From Gemmatimonadota bacterium (GTDB taxonomy: Bacteria; JBHIER01; G020348925), in assembly GCA_020348925.1 (NCBI GenBank), contig CP070758.1, positions 2,805,688-2,869,687 on the forward strand: a DNA stretch of 64,000 nt, read 5' to 3'. Each line of letters opens with the position of its first letter. Position 1 is the stretch's first letter. The position numbers and the translations under genes are program-made. This document shows, piece after piece, positions 9,501 to 19,758 of the stretch. Below the pieces are notes generated by a model that worked only from the letters and a program-made list of their open reading frames with translations, ran no database searches and was not told the DNA's origin.

Positions 9501-10580
9501 TCACCGACCCAATCCCTGCTGCGTCGAGCGGCAGTGCATATTTCCATGCAGTGTTCTTCCGTTGGCAATAACTTCTCTTCCCACGTCCAAGGGCATGCCG
9601 ATGAGCTTGATCCCTTTGTCAACGGTATTCTGAAAAATTATCCCCAGATCGTTCAATTCCGGTTGAGACATATTGACCGCATACAGATGATCCATTTCCG
9701 CTATAAAAGAAATAAAATGATCGCCTTTCCCACAGAAATGTATAGCCCCACCGCCAAATTCGTCCAACAGTTTCTGATCGTAGGGCCGGATGAATTCGGA
9801 AAACATTTCAGGTGAAAAATTCATCGCCGAGTCGTCCCGCAGCATGATGTGACCTTTATGGAGCATTGACCAGTGAACACAATATTCGTCAGTCGAAGAG
9901 ACGATACGGTCCCATTCCTTCATAAAACACACATATGTATCGGTTACCAACTCGAGAAGCGCTGTGACCAAGTCCGGTTGCTCGGAAACAGCCAGAAACA
10001 AATCCCACCCCCAGAGCAATTCGCAGATATCGATGGGTCCCTGCAGATCAGGATGGTAGACATAAACATACTTTTTGATGTTTGAATAGCCAGCCATGAC
10101 TTCGATAAAATACTCCCCCATTTCCAACGTTTTCCCTCCCAGGGATTGCCTGAGGTGGGGAACACCTTTTTCAAGTAAAACCTCGAATTCTTCCCGTCCC
10201 TCCTTCAGAGGATTCACCGTGGGCAGGGTATTGTATTTCTCGTCCATGACAAACAACTCAGCACCGAAGAGAGAGGGTAGAATGCCAGTGCCATAATTGG
10301 CCCGCACGCAAAGCAGATCGCCGCTGGCTTCTCCAAGCGCCCGGGAGCAGGTGGCAAGCTGTTGAACAACCATCATGTCTTTATCATCTACGGCCTGATT
10401 GACGCTCACTTCGGGCCACTCAACGGCGGGGAGAGCGGTACGATCTCTTTTGGGAATAAAGAGTTCACCGTCGAAGGTTCCGTCAGCGAAGGTTATCCAG
10501 TCATGAAAGAGTTTCTCTTCCTGGTCGGGATCGATTCGCTTCTCCAGATCGTCCAGATATTTTTCTTTTTCAAAAGTCAT
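9501..10580 (-). CDS. Uroporphyrinogen decarboxylase (URO-D)/MtaA-CmuA superfamily protein
   Basis: PDLQGPIDICELLWG, PDLVTALLELVT, RDDSAMNFSPEMFSEFIRPY and IHFCG (HxC) motifs. Confidence 0.75.
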   Translation of the reverse strand: MTFEKEKYLDDLEKRIDPDQEEKLFHDWITFADGTFDGELFIPKRDRTALPAVEWPEVSVNQAVDDKDMMVVQQLATCSRALGEASGDLLCVRANYGTGILPSLFGAELFVMDEKYNTLPTVNPLKEGREEFEVLLEKGVPHLRQSLGGKTLEMGEYFIEVMAGYSNIKKYVYVYHPDLQGPIDICELLWGWDLFLAVSEQPDLVTALLELVTDTYVCFMKEWDRIVSSTDEYCVHWSMLHKGHIMLRDDSAMNFSPEMFSEFIRPYDQKLLDEFGGGAIHFCGKGDHFISFIAEMDHLYAVNMSQPELNDLGIIFQNTVDKGIKLIGMPLDVGREVIANGRTLHGNMHCRSTQQGLGR

Positions 10581-10617
10581 AGTACGTAATCATGTCCAGT
10601 TCAATATATTCAAAATC

Positions 10618-10703
10618 TGTCATTCCGGCCCTAATGCCGGAATCTCCTTAATTTTGGACAGCACTCGTTATTCAGGAGATCCCGGTATAAATCCGGGATG
10701 ACA
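10618..10703. repeat. Cruciform palindromic intergenic element (REP/CIR/RPE-like), copy A
   Basis: TGTCATTCCGG-loop-CCGGAATCTCCT ... AGGAGATCCCGG-loop-CCGGGATGACA: terminal inverted repeat enclosing two side hairpins. Confidence 0.75.
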
Positions 10704-10830
10704 TCGAGTAGAATGGTGCACGGAGTCATGAAATGAAAATTCATGATATGTATTCTTCTCTTCTCAAAAACTTTTTTCATGTTAAGGACCATTTTTATCG
10801 ATATTATAGTTACTTGAGGTTGGTCTCCTC

Positions 10831-12540
10831 TCACGCGCCGATTCGGGCAATGATAACGGCTAAAAGTATAATCGACAGAACCAGCCCCCACGCCGCCGCA
10901 AAACCCACAATGTCAATCCGATATTTTCTGAAGCTGAAGGTCTTGAACAACTGCAGCAGATCAACAATCAATAATCCGTGTCCTTTGTCTTCAAGGGATC
11001 GAATAGTTGCATCAGGTTCGTCATTTTCCGAGACGACACCTTCTTCTGGGATTGTTCCTTCGTGAACGATCTCTACTCCGGCGTTACGGAGCTTGTACTC
11101 CTCTCCCACAGGTGTATGGAGCAAGGCGTAAAACGCATGAAGTTTTTTCTCCGGTTCCGGTACTGTGACGAGGCTGGTCACTATAAAAGTGATCGTCCCG
11201 GTCGAAAGATATGCCACGATCTGAGCCGGATACGACCAGCCAATCGATCTGGTCAAAAAATAGACACCACTGGTAACGATGACACTGGCCCAGAATCCGT
11301 ATCGATTCCCCCTGCGCCAAGATATAGCCATCCAGAAGGGTATTCCCGTAAACGCCATAATGGTCCACAAAGCCTTCAATCCTGAAATCACATTCGAAAG
11401 GAAAAATGCGATGAGGATTCCTATGGCAACGACTCCAACGGAGGACCATCTGGCGACTGTGAGATAGTGTTTTTCGCTCCTATTTTCATGTACATATTTC
11501 TTGTAAATGTTCCTGGTGAACAAGGCCGAACCATCGACCATAAAGGCATCACACAAAGCCATCACCGAGGCAATCATAGCGGCTATCATGAGCCCCACCA
11601 TGCCAGCTGGCAGCAAATGTGTAATCATCATTCCGAAAGCCTGCTCCCGGGCGGCATTCCCCAGTCCCGGAAAAAGAACTGCGGCGAAAAGCCCGAGAAA
11701 AGCCCAGAACAGGGTTACGACCCGTTTGGTTACATTGCCGTACGTCCATCCGGTTCGACAATTCATTTCGGTTTTCCCGGCTCCACCTACAGCCATGTGA
11801 TGGGGCAGTGACACGACCCCGACCAAGGCGTTGATGACAACCATGATGATGAAGAAGAGGGTCACCTCCGATCTCGCCACCTGTGAGATCATTTCAGGAA
11901 CAAGCTGCTTATGAAGCCCGGAGAAACCGCCAACAGCGGATAGTGAAAACGGGATGAGCAACAGGGAAAGGACAAGCAGCAATGTTCCCTGGAGCAGTTT
12001 GGTGGAGACAGCGGCCACCAGTCCTCCGGTTGCACTGTACCCCACGAAGACAAGTGTTGTTATAAAAATAGTCAGGTTGCCTGAAAGCTGACCCCGGGTA
12101 ATGGCTTCGACCGTGGTGCCGATACCACGGAGAACCGTCCCAATGGTCACGGAGAAATAGAGCAGGGCAATAACAGTGTATGCGGTACCGGCAGATCTTC
12201 CGTACCGCTCTTCGAAAAAATCACCTGTCGTGAGATATCGAAGACGACGGTAAATCGGAGCCACGATCCAATAGAAGGGTGTGCTGAAAATATACAGCCA
12301 TTGGTACCAGATACCGGAAAGCCCCAATTGGTAGGAAGCGCCTGACACTGCAACTGCCAGATCGGCTCGGGTACCGACGCCAAATGCCTTGGCAACCATC
12401 AATAGCTTTCCGAACTTTCTCCCCCCCATAAAGAAATCACCGGTATCCTTGACCCTCTTGGATGACCGAAGACCGATATACGATATCGCTGCGAAGTACA
12501 TAAGGATAACCACAAGATCAATCGGATCTATTCCTGCCAT
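10831..12540 (-). CDS. Sodium:solute symporter (SSS/SLC5) family transporter
   Basis: DFFMGGRKFG, TTGDFFEERYG, YSATGGLVA, LPAGMVGLMIAAMIAS and VSLVTVP motifs; many transmembrane segments. Confidence 0.92.
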   Translation of the reverse strand: MAGIDPIDLVVILMYFAAISYIGLRSSKRVKDTGDFFMGGRKFGKLLMVAKAFGVGTRADLAVAVSGASYQLGLSGIWYQWLYIFSTPFYWIVAPIYRRLRYLTTGDFFEERYGRSAGTAYTVIALLYFSVTIGTVLRGIGTTVEAITRGQLSGNLTIFITTLVFVGYSATGGLVAAVSTKLLQGTLLLVLSLLLIPFSLSAVGGFSGLHKQLVPEMISQVARSEVTLFFIIMVVINALVGVVSLPHHMAVGGAGKTEMNCRTGWTYGNVTKRVVTLFWAFLGLFAAVLFPGLGNAAREQAFGMMITHLLPAGMVGLMIAAMIASVMALCDAFMVDGSALFTRNIYKKYVHENRSEKHYLTVARWSSVGVVAIGILIAFFLSNVISGLKALWTIMAFTGIPFWMAISWRRGNRYGFWASVIVTSGVYFLTRSIGWSYPAQIVAYLSTGTITFIVTSLVTVPEPEKKLHAFYALLHTPVGEEYKLRNAGVEIVHEGTIPEEGVVSENDEPDATIRSLEDKGHGLLIVDLLQLFKTFSFRKYRIDIVGFAAAWGLVLSIILLAVIIARIGA

Positions 12541-12561
12541 ATTCGTTTTCTGTCCGTATTT

Positions 12562-14343
12562 TTATTTCTCCGTTTTCCAGTGATCTCTGATCGCAAAGGC
12601 TACCGATTTCGGTTGCCTCTGTCTGTTGAACACACCTTTACGATTCAGTACAACACGTCGGTGATGCTGGGCTGTCATAAAATCTGCAAAATTCCAGATA
12701 TGTTCACCCACGGTGAATGAAAGCGATTCAATAACTTCAAAGTATCTCTCAATCAGCATAGTCTGATACTCTTCTGTGAACAGCTGAGGGTACGTAGCAT
12801 GCTGTCCTTCAATTGTGTCGGCTCCGAACTCAGAGACAAGAATTGGTTTCTTGTACAGGGTGTACAATTCCTCCAATTCAGCCTTGAGTCGTTCACCGGC
12901 TCTCTCGATATCTCCGGGTATTTCATACCAACCCCAATACCGATTCACTGAGATGATGTCGGAAAATTTGTATGCAAGATCTTCAGTGCCCCATTTTGCA
13001 CAAGCCGGAAGGGTAACCGGGCGGGAAGGATCGAGCGTTCTCACAAGATGAAAAATTTCAGTCCAGTATTTCTCCGCTTCTTCCGAAAGAGCTTCATCTT
13101 CCCCCCAGATACCCGGCTCATTTGCAACACTCCAGCACACGACTGAAGGATGGTTTCGATCCCTGGCAATCAGTTCGGTCAATGCTCTCTTGTGATTTTC
13201 AAGTGTCTTTGGTGTAACATACTTGAAATTGAGGCTGACCGCCGGGACCTCGTCAATAACAAGTAATCCCAACCTGTCAGCCATCTGCATGATTTCTTCC
13301 GAGTAGGGATAATGGGATGTGCGGAATGAATTCGCTCCGATCCAACGCATCAGTTGAAAATCCTTCGTGATGAGTGGATATGAAAGTCCCTTTCCAAGTA
13401 CCGGAAAGTCCTCATGCTTTCCAAAACCTTTAAGAAAAATCGGTTTGCCATTCAGAAGAACCGTATCATCTTTTACCTCAAACTCTCGAACACCGATATC
13501 CATTAGATATTCATCACACAGATCATCCCCTTTGAACAATTTGAAATGAAGTTTGTACAGGTAAGGCTCTTCAGGATTCCACAAGCGACATTTGGGTATA
13601 ACAAACCGATCTTCTAAGATAGGTGATGCAAGAGCCTCGATCGGTTTCCATATCTGTTCTTTCCCGTTGGCAAGAATTACCTCGACTTGTGTCGAATCAG
13701 TAATATCACCATAATCAGCTTTCAATTTGACAATACCATGCGATCCTTCAACCGTTGTCTCGATTTCAACAGTGCGAAGATGTAACTTATTGAGCAGCAT
13801 TATTTTTACCGGTCTGTTTAGACCGCCGTAATGAAAAAAGTCAAAATGCGTGGGCGGATATGTCTGTTCTCGCTTTTTGCCGGACGCTTCATAATCTTCA
13901 AAAGATAATCCCTGTGGAATCGTATCGTACGAGAGTTCATTGCACACACGGACTACTAATACATTCCTCTCGTTTGTGTTAACCAGTGAACTAATATCAA
14001 ACTCAAACGGTAAGAATCCGCAGTTGTGCTCTCCCACAAGTTTTCCATTGACCCAAACTTTTGCATGAGAGTCAGCAGAACCAAATCGCAACATCACTTT
14101 TTGATTCGATAAAAAAGGAGGTACATGAAACTGTCTTTGATACCATAATGGTCCGATGTAATTCATTAAGCCCATCTCGGTGAGTTGTTCATTCCAACTT
14201 CCAGGCACGCCGATATAGGCATCCGCTTCAAAACCTGCTCCCCATCCCTTCTCTTCGCCAGCATGATCATAGTCGACTTTTATCTCCCAGAACCCGGAAA
14301 GATCGAATACAGACCTGCAGCGATTTTGTTGTGGATACAGCAT
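12562..14343 (-). CDS. uidA: Beta-glucuronidase (GH2), cytoplasmic
   Basis: MLYPQ N-terminus; VPGSWNEQ, DFFHYGGLNRPV, GFGKHED, ANSFRTSHYPY, WSVANEP (acid/base), SEFGAD (nucleophile), WNFADF and NRKG (NxKG uronic-acid motif). Confidence 0.9.
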   Translation of the reverse strand: MLYPQQNRCRSVFDLSGFWEIKVDYDHAGEEKGWGAGFEADAYIGVPGSWNEQLTEMGLMNYIGPLWYQRQFHVPPFLSNQKVMLRFGSADSHAKVWVNGKLVGEHNCGFLPFEFDISSLVNTNERNVLVVRVCNELSYDTIPQGLSFEDYEASGKKREQTYPPTHFDFFHYGGLNRPVKIMLLNKLHLRTVEIETTVEGSHGIVKLKADYGDITDSTQVEVILANGKEQIWKPIEALASPILEDRFVIPKCRLWNPEEPYLYKLHFKLFKGDDLCDEYLMDIGVREFEVKDDTVLLNGKPIFLKGFGKHEDFPVLGKGLSYPLITKDFQLMRWIGANSFRTSHYPYSEEIMQMADRLGLLVIDEVPAVSLNFKYVTPKTLENHKRALTELIARDRNHPSVVCWSVANEPGIWGEDEALSEEAEKYWTEIFHLVRTLDPSRPVTLPACAKWGTEDLAYKFSDIISVNRYWGWYEIPGDIERAGERLKAELEELYTLYKKPILVSEFGADTIEGQHATYPQLFTEEYQTMLIERYFEVIESLSFTVGEHIWNFADFMTAQHHRRVVLNRKGVFNRQRQPKSVAFAIRDHWKTEK

Positions 14344-14377
14344 CTATACCTCTTTCGATAAACAGTTCAAATACATC

Positions 14378-16438
14378 TTAATCCATGATAAAGTAAGAAA
14401 TTGAAATTTCGTCCTCTACGATGCTATCTTCCTTCTTGCCGACGGCTTTGATGTGGTTCACACCTTTGGAAAAGTTAACATCCCAAAGATATGGTCGAGA
14501 TGTTTTAAGTCCTACACTTGCCCCGTTTACGTACAACTCAACCTGATCACAGTTTGAGAAGACCTCAACGTCCTTCGTCTGGCCTTTGGTACCGTATCGT
14601 TTTCGCCACGTGTGCGAAACGATATAGACCATCGGATCCTCAGTCCACAAGCTCTGATAGAAATAAAAGATATCCTTCGGCTTCCGGTCAAAACTCATCA
14701 ATCCTTTCTGATTGATGTGTGGAATAGTTCCCCCCTTTTCCCAGGAGCCGAAATCGAACATATTCCACACGGCGGAACCCGCAATATATCTTCGCTCCGT
14801 AATCTGTTTCCAATAACTTTGATGCAGCTTCAATTGCCAGTTTTCGGTGAAATCAGGGGCCGTAGGATTTTCAACATGATAGCCCCGATCACTTCCCGCC
14901 CCGTATTCGCTAATGATGAACACCTTATCCGGGAATAGCTCCTTCTGTTCGTCAAGATATGGTCCCAGCTTGTCGAAGGTATCCGAATACCACCCATAGT
15001 ATTTGTTAAATCCTGTAATATCGGTGATTGTTAAGACATCTGTTCCCCGATCCTTGAATTGAGCCTGAGCCGTATACCGACTGGGATCCAGATCTTTGGC
15101 TATGGTGTTGAGCTCTCTGCATAAATCTACAGCCCAGTGAAGTTCTTCATCGCGCTGATCCCGCATGACCTCATTCATCAATCCCCATATAATAATGCAG
15201 GGGTGGTTAGAATGCTGGGTAATCATTTCTCGCAGCATATTCTTCGCATTTTGGGAAAACTTCTCCTTACCCACAGAGCGAACCACAGGAATCTCCTCCC
15301 AAACCAGCAGACCCAGACTGTCACAGGCGTACAATACAGCCTGATCCTGCTGATAATGCGCCAGTCGAACAAAGTTTGCCCCCATGGATTTGATGAAATG
15401 CATATCCTCGGTGTGAAGATGATTGGGTACAGCATTTCCATAGCCTGCTCTGTCCTGGTGCCGGTTGACACCTTTCAATCGCATGTACTCGCCGTTCAGG
15501 AAGAATCCATCATTAGGGTCAAATCGGAACCATCGAAGACCAAACCTCTCTGAGATTTCATCGATAATTTCATCTTTCTCTCGCAGCCTTATCCTAACTG
15601 TATACAGATGAGGTGTATCCGGCGACCAAAATTGAGGTTTCTCTATCTCGTTCATCTCAATTCGAATATCACGCGGGGAACCTTTCGAAATCCTCACCTC
15701 CTTCAACGTTTCCTGAATAACTGTGCCCACGGGATTGAGAAGTGAAATTTCAAGATCTCCTCTAAATTCTACTCCTCTCTTATTTGTGACGGGAACTTCA
15801 ATTTTCACTTTCGCGGCATCGTGAGTAACACTTGGTGTGGAAATGAGGGAATGCCCCAGGTAGACAGATGCTGTCTTCACCACATACACATCACGATAGA
15901 TGCCACCGTACATGGTATAGTCGGCACTTTGAGGAGGGATATCATAGTGGTATGAGTTGTCTACACGCACGGCGATCAGGTTCTCCTCACCAAATCTCAC
16001 ATATGAGGTAATATCAAATTCAAATCCGGAACATCCTCCAATATGGGTTCCAACTTTGGTCTCATTCATCCATACTTCCGCAACTTTATTAGCGCCTTCA
16101 AAAACGAGGGAAATACGATTCGATCTGTCGTTATTATCGAATCGTATAGATTTTCGATACCAGCTCGGACCTCGATAGTAGGATACTGTGATATCAAGTC
16201 CATCATCGACATCCCTGTGATCATACGGATCCTGTGCATTCCAGGTGTGCGGTATATCCACGGGTTCCCACTGAGTATCATCCAATACGATATGAAAACC
16301 TTTTTCAATATCTCCCTTATGAAATTTCCAGTCTGAATTGATCTTCTCTATCGTACGCGGAGAATCTGAAAAAATTCGGGCTGAACAGAATAAAAGAACA
16401 ACTGTCACAAGGATGTAAACGTGAAGACTTTTTTTCAT
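14378..16438 (-). CDS. Secreted GH2 beta-galactosidase/beta-glucuronidase
   Basis: Signal peptide; IPHTWNAQD, YGGIYRDV, GVNRHQD, RLAHY, WGLMNE, SEYGAG, WNMFDF and NQKG; C-terminal VFSNCDQVELYVNG Ig-like domain. Confidence 0.92.
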   Translation of the reverse strand: MKKSLHVYILVTVVLLFCSARIFSDSPRTIEKINSDWKFHKGDIEKGFHIVLDDTQWEPVDIPHTWNAQDPYDHRDVDDGLDITVSYYRGPSWYRKSIRFDNNDRSNRISLVFEGANKVAEVWMNETKVGTHIGGCSGFEFDITSYVRFGEENLIAVRVDNSYHYDIPPQSADYTMYGGIYRDVYVVKTASVYLGHSLISTPSVTHDAAKVKIEVPVTNKRGVEFRGDLEISLLNPVGTVIQETLKEVRISKGSPRDIRIEMNEIEKPQFWSPDTPHLYTVRIRLREKDEIIDEISERFGLRWFRFDPNDGFFLNGEYMRLKGVNRHQDRAGYGNAVPNHLHTEDMHFIKSMGANFVRLAHYQQDQAVLYACDSLGLLVWEEIPVVRSVGKEKFSQNAKNMLREMITQHSNHPCIIIWGLMNEVMRDQRDEELHWAVDLCRELNTIAKDLDPSRYTAQAQFKDRGTDVLTITDITGFNKYYGWYSDTFDKLGPYLDEQKELFPDKVFIISEYGAGSDRGYHVENPTAPDFTENWQLKLHQSYWKQITERRYIAGSAVWNMFDFGSWEKGGTIPHINQKGLMSFDRKPKDIFYFYQSLWTEDPMVYIVSHTWRKRYGTKGQTKDVEVFSNCDQVELYVNGASVGLKTSRPYLWDVNFSKGVNHIKAVGKKEDSIVEDEISISYFIMD

Positions 16439-16449
16439 TGATTGTATCC

Positions 16450-16998
16450 TTACGGTCTATAAGGTGGTTCTTTTGGGAAAATGCGTATCAGCTTGCTCTC
16501 GTTTTTGCCAAGATGAAAATCCAGAACTTTTTCCTCGCCAAAGACGCTTTTGTCAATGGCCAGATGTACATCTTTCGGTTCGTTTGTGGCCACGAATATC
16601 ATGGTTTCGTCATACTTGCGAAATCCGATGGTATAGGCATTCGATGTGATTTTACCAGTAATTATATCTGGATACGTTCTGTTGCGAAATGCACACACTT
16701 TAACACTCGAGGCATATACGTGTCCATTTCTGAAAATGAATTCAACACGCTCACCCTTACTGGTATAACCCCTTACTCCCAACCATTTCCAGTGAGAAGG
16801 CAGTACCGGATCGATGGTGAGACCTTCAGGACCTTCATCATAAACAAGGAAATCAATCTCATAAATGGATTTGTTCGCTATCTCGCGGTTTACCTCCGGG
16901 TCCGGTGTAAAAAGCTGTATCTTCGTCTCATCCGCTCCTAAAACAAAGCCCAAGAGAAGAAGAGAACCGAAGGCTATAAAAAGAAATCTTCTAATCAT
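16450..16998 (-). CDS. Hypothetical secreted protein
   Basis: 182 aa ORF with signal peptide; start overlaps the stop of the upstream gene, suggesting translational coupling. Confidence 0.7.
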   Translation of the reverse strand: MIRRFLFIAFGSLLLLGFVLGADETKIQLFTPDPEVNREIANKSIYEIDFLVYDEGPEGLTIDPVLPSHWKWLGVRGYTSKGERVEFIFRNGHVYASSVKVCAFRNRTYPDIITGKITSNAYTIGFRKYDETMIFVATNEPKDVHLAIDKSVFGEEKVLDFHLGKNESKLIRIFPKEPPYRP

Positions 16999-19603
16999 TT
17001 CTTCTCTCCAATTTAAGTCTTAGTAATTTCTGTCCCGGTAGAAAAAGAGAAACCCTTTGACCTCGTTCAGTCATCTCAATCTTCTTTTCTTCAATAGTAC
17101 CTTCATCTGTTCGACTTATCAAACGATACGTTCCTTGTTCTGTCTGCCATAAGCGTATGATGATTTCACGGTGATCCGGTGCGTGTGAAAATATCCGCAC
17201 TCCGAGACGGTCTCGTCCGGTATCAGTGACCAAGGCTGTAAAAGTTTCATCCGTTTCCTCCCAGGAAACGGCATAATAGGGGGACATACTTTCAGGTATA
17301 CCGTCACCTGTCAGCATGGCCTTCAGTAAATCAGCACCCCTGACATCGACCCGGTCAGTGTGGAGCACTTCCGATGTAAGCAGCGGTACATTATACCGAA
17401 CACTTTGAAACAAGGTGTCCAATCCATCGAGCAGGTGCTGTTCTTCTCCGGACAATCGATAACTGGTATAGGGTGTTCCAAAGGCGAGAAGGAGATCATC
17501 ATATCGATCATCACGCGTGAGAAGACGCCACTGAGATACGACACTCCAGAATCCTTTGTTCTTTTTGAGGACGGCCGCGGCCCAGGCCGGTGAGCCGGGC
17601 GATGTGATTTTTTGATCATAGGGTGAGGAGTAGTCATCTTCATAATCCCGAACCAGATCAAGAGCCGCGTAGATCGGGGTAAGCAATTCCTCGTCCCCAG
17701 TCAGGGTGTAGGTAAAAAGAAGCTGGTCCATCATCATACTGCCCGCGTGCCAGATCCAGTCATAGTATTGCCAAAACATGTTGGCACTATACCATGTCGG
17801 TTCATCGCCGTTGATGGCCTCGTCGGGAAACCGGACGGAAGCCGGAATGATTCCGGCAGGTTTTCCCTTGTCAGTACGCGCGGCGGCACCGACCCAGGCT
17901 TTTGACCACTCGTGCAGAAGTCTTTTCGCTTTTTCATCTCCCGTTTTCCAAGCCAAGTACCGGACTGCCTTGGCAGCCCGGGTGTTGTATCCCAAATCAC
18001 GATTTTTCGGGGGTTCTGATCCGATCTCAGTGGAACTGAACCAAGCGGACCGGAAAAAACGATTCCCCGACGACGTCAAACCGGTCCAAAGCGACTCGAA
18101 ATAGTCCAGAGAATAACGCAAGCGGTCCGTATACAATGGATCATCATCATAGACTGCCATACAGGGAGCCGTGTCGGCGATAAACTCTGAGGCATGCTCC
18201 ACGTCACTGGCATATTTGGCATAGCCCCTATACACCTTAGGACTATTCCACACACAGTCGGCCAATCGTCTCCATCCCTCAAGAGCTGTTGTATCTCCCG
18301 CCATTATGATGGAAGTCCACCATCGAAGCAACTCGACATCGTCACCCAGTTTCCCTCCGAACTCTCCGCTCTCGGCCTGACGCTCATTTACCCACCAATG
18401 AGCAATATGTCGAAGCCGGCAGAGGGCTTCTCTCTGGGCAACTGACCAGGCCGGCGCACCCGGTGCGCCGGATAGTTTATCGCACGCATCGGCTTCATCA
18501 ATCTGTTTCCCGGTATACATTGCAAGAAGTGAATTATCAGGAAAGCGTCCGTACAGTTCGACCAAATCCCGATGCCCTCCGGAAATTTCGTTCCGCCCAC
18601 CCCGCTCTTTCGCCAGCCAGTAAAGCAGTTTTCCCCGGTACCACAACGCTCTTTCATAGAGAGGATATGCCTTTCTATCGGTCCGATTCAAGAGGCCGTC
18701 AAGTATCATGACGGCCTGGTGAAAACGGCCGAAGATGCTCAACCCCGTCTCTCTGGTGACCCATTCCCACCCCATCATATTCAGATATTTCTCAGCCAAG
18801 GCAAGGAGGCGGACCTGTTCGCGCCAATATACAATGAAGGCATCATCCGGATTAATTGTCAACGATCTCTCCAGATCCATAAGCAGGGAATCGAGGGGTA
18901 CATGTGATCCATACGTCCCGGCTTTGCTGATCTGTCTCAATAGAGACAGATGATGAGTTCCTATTGGTTTCGTATCAGGAGTCATGGTGAACCCGAGAAG
19001 ACGTACCTGATCATGCCCACCCTCAAGGCGAAATTCGAAACCGTTTTCTCCGAAGGTTGCACGGTTGTGATAGAGGCGAAAAACGTCCTGAATAGAATTC
19101 CTGGGTTCTGCCGGCGGACGGAATGCTTGCCAGCCGAGCTGTTGAGGGCGATCACTGATACTGAGAGAGATGGTGCTTGAATCTTCTGTCCCGGCTTCGA
19201 TCCAGAATGTCACCCACCAGTCACCGGCTGGTAGGTCGGCGCGGAAAGAGATTCGCTCTCCCCTGACGCCGTCGATGGTGAACGCATCACGGGAACGGTC
19301 AAGATCATTCCGGACGAAGTCATCGTCCGGTGATTCAATCCAGCCATATCCTCTGTCTGGCGTATACAGGTCCGCCTGTGTCAAGGCAACGGCCCCATTC
19401 TCCACCGTGGAACCCACTCCTCCCGCATCAAACCGATAGGATCTGTCCTCAAGGACGGATGAATCGGCTTGAGAGACAGATGAAAGAACCATGAATAGAA
19501 GAATCGTTATGTGCCAATCAAAAGTTCTCAAAAAAAGTAAACAGAAAAATTTTTTTAGTTTTTCATTCGTACTTATGAGGTTGGACCAATTTAATTCTTT
19601 CAT
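16991..19603 (-). CDS. Large hypothetical secreted protein (N-terminal galactose-binding-like beta-sandwich, Trp/Tyr-rich helical core); exact start uncertain
   Basis: 870 aa ORF with a hydrophobic leader. YRFDAG...YTPDRGYGW resembles the beta-sandwich found in front of rhamnogalacturonan-active enzymes. YTLTGDEELL and RLLTRDDRYD are helical-hairpin motifs. Confidence 0.7.
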   Translation of the reverse strand: MKELNWSNLISTNEKLKKFFCLLFLRTFDWHITILLFMVLSSVSQADSSVLEDRSYRFDAGGVGSTVENGAVALTQADLYTPDRGYGWIESPDDDFVRNDLDRSRDAFTIDGVRGERISFRADLPAGDWWVTFWIEAGTEDSSTISLSISDRPQQLGWQAFRPPAEPRNSIQDVFRLYHNRATFGENGFEFRLEGGHDQVRLLGFTMTPDTKPIGTHHLSLLRQISKAGTYGSHVPLDSLLMDLERSLTINPDDAFIVYWREQVRLLALAEKYLNMMGWEWVTRETGLSIFGRFHQAVMILDGLLNRTDRKAYPLYERALWYRGKLLYWLAKERGGRNEISGGHRDLVELYGRFPDNSLLAMYTGKQIDEADACDKLSGAPGAPAWSVAQREALCRLRHIAHWWVNERQAESGEFGGKLGDDVELLRWWTSIIMAGDTTALEGWRRLADCVWNSPKVYRGYAKYASDVEHASEFIADTAPCMAVYDDDPLYTDRLRYSLDYFESLWTGLTSSGNRFFRSAWFSSTEIGSEPPKNRDLGYNTRAAKAVRYLAWKTGDEKAKRLLHEWSKAWVGAAARTDKGKPAGIIPASVRFPDEAINGDEPTWYSANMFWQYYDWIWHAGSMMMDQLLFTYTLTGDEELLTPIYAALDLVRDYEDDYSSPYDQKITSPGSPAWAAAVLKKNKGFWSVVSQWRLLTRDDRYDDLLLAFGTPYTSYRLSGEEQHLLDGLDTLFQSVRYNVPLLTSEVLHTDRVDVRGADLLKAMLTGDGIPESMSPYYAVSWEETDETFTALVTDTGRDRLGVRIFSHAPDHREIIIRLWQTEQGTYRLISRTDEGTIEEKKIEMTERGQRVSLFLPGQKLLRLKLERRND

Positions 19604-19652
19604 ACCCGTTTATTGAAACGTTCTCCAATAACTTTAATGGAATTGAAAACTG

Positions 19653-19706
19653 AAAAAGGCGGGGATAAAAACAGAATCTCAGGGGAACGTTTTTACCCCC
19701 GCCCTT
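19653..19706 (-). terminator. Probable rho-independent terminator after the beta-helix/dockerin gene
   Basis: Imperfect inverted repeat GGCGGGGATAAAAAC ... GTTTTTACCCCCGCC, with an A-run on the + strand giving a U-tail on the - strand. Confidence 0.55.
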
Positions 19707-19758
19707 CCATATTTCACTCATTAACAATACAACCGGCCTCACAACACTGATGGACAAT

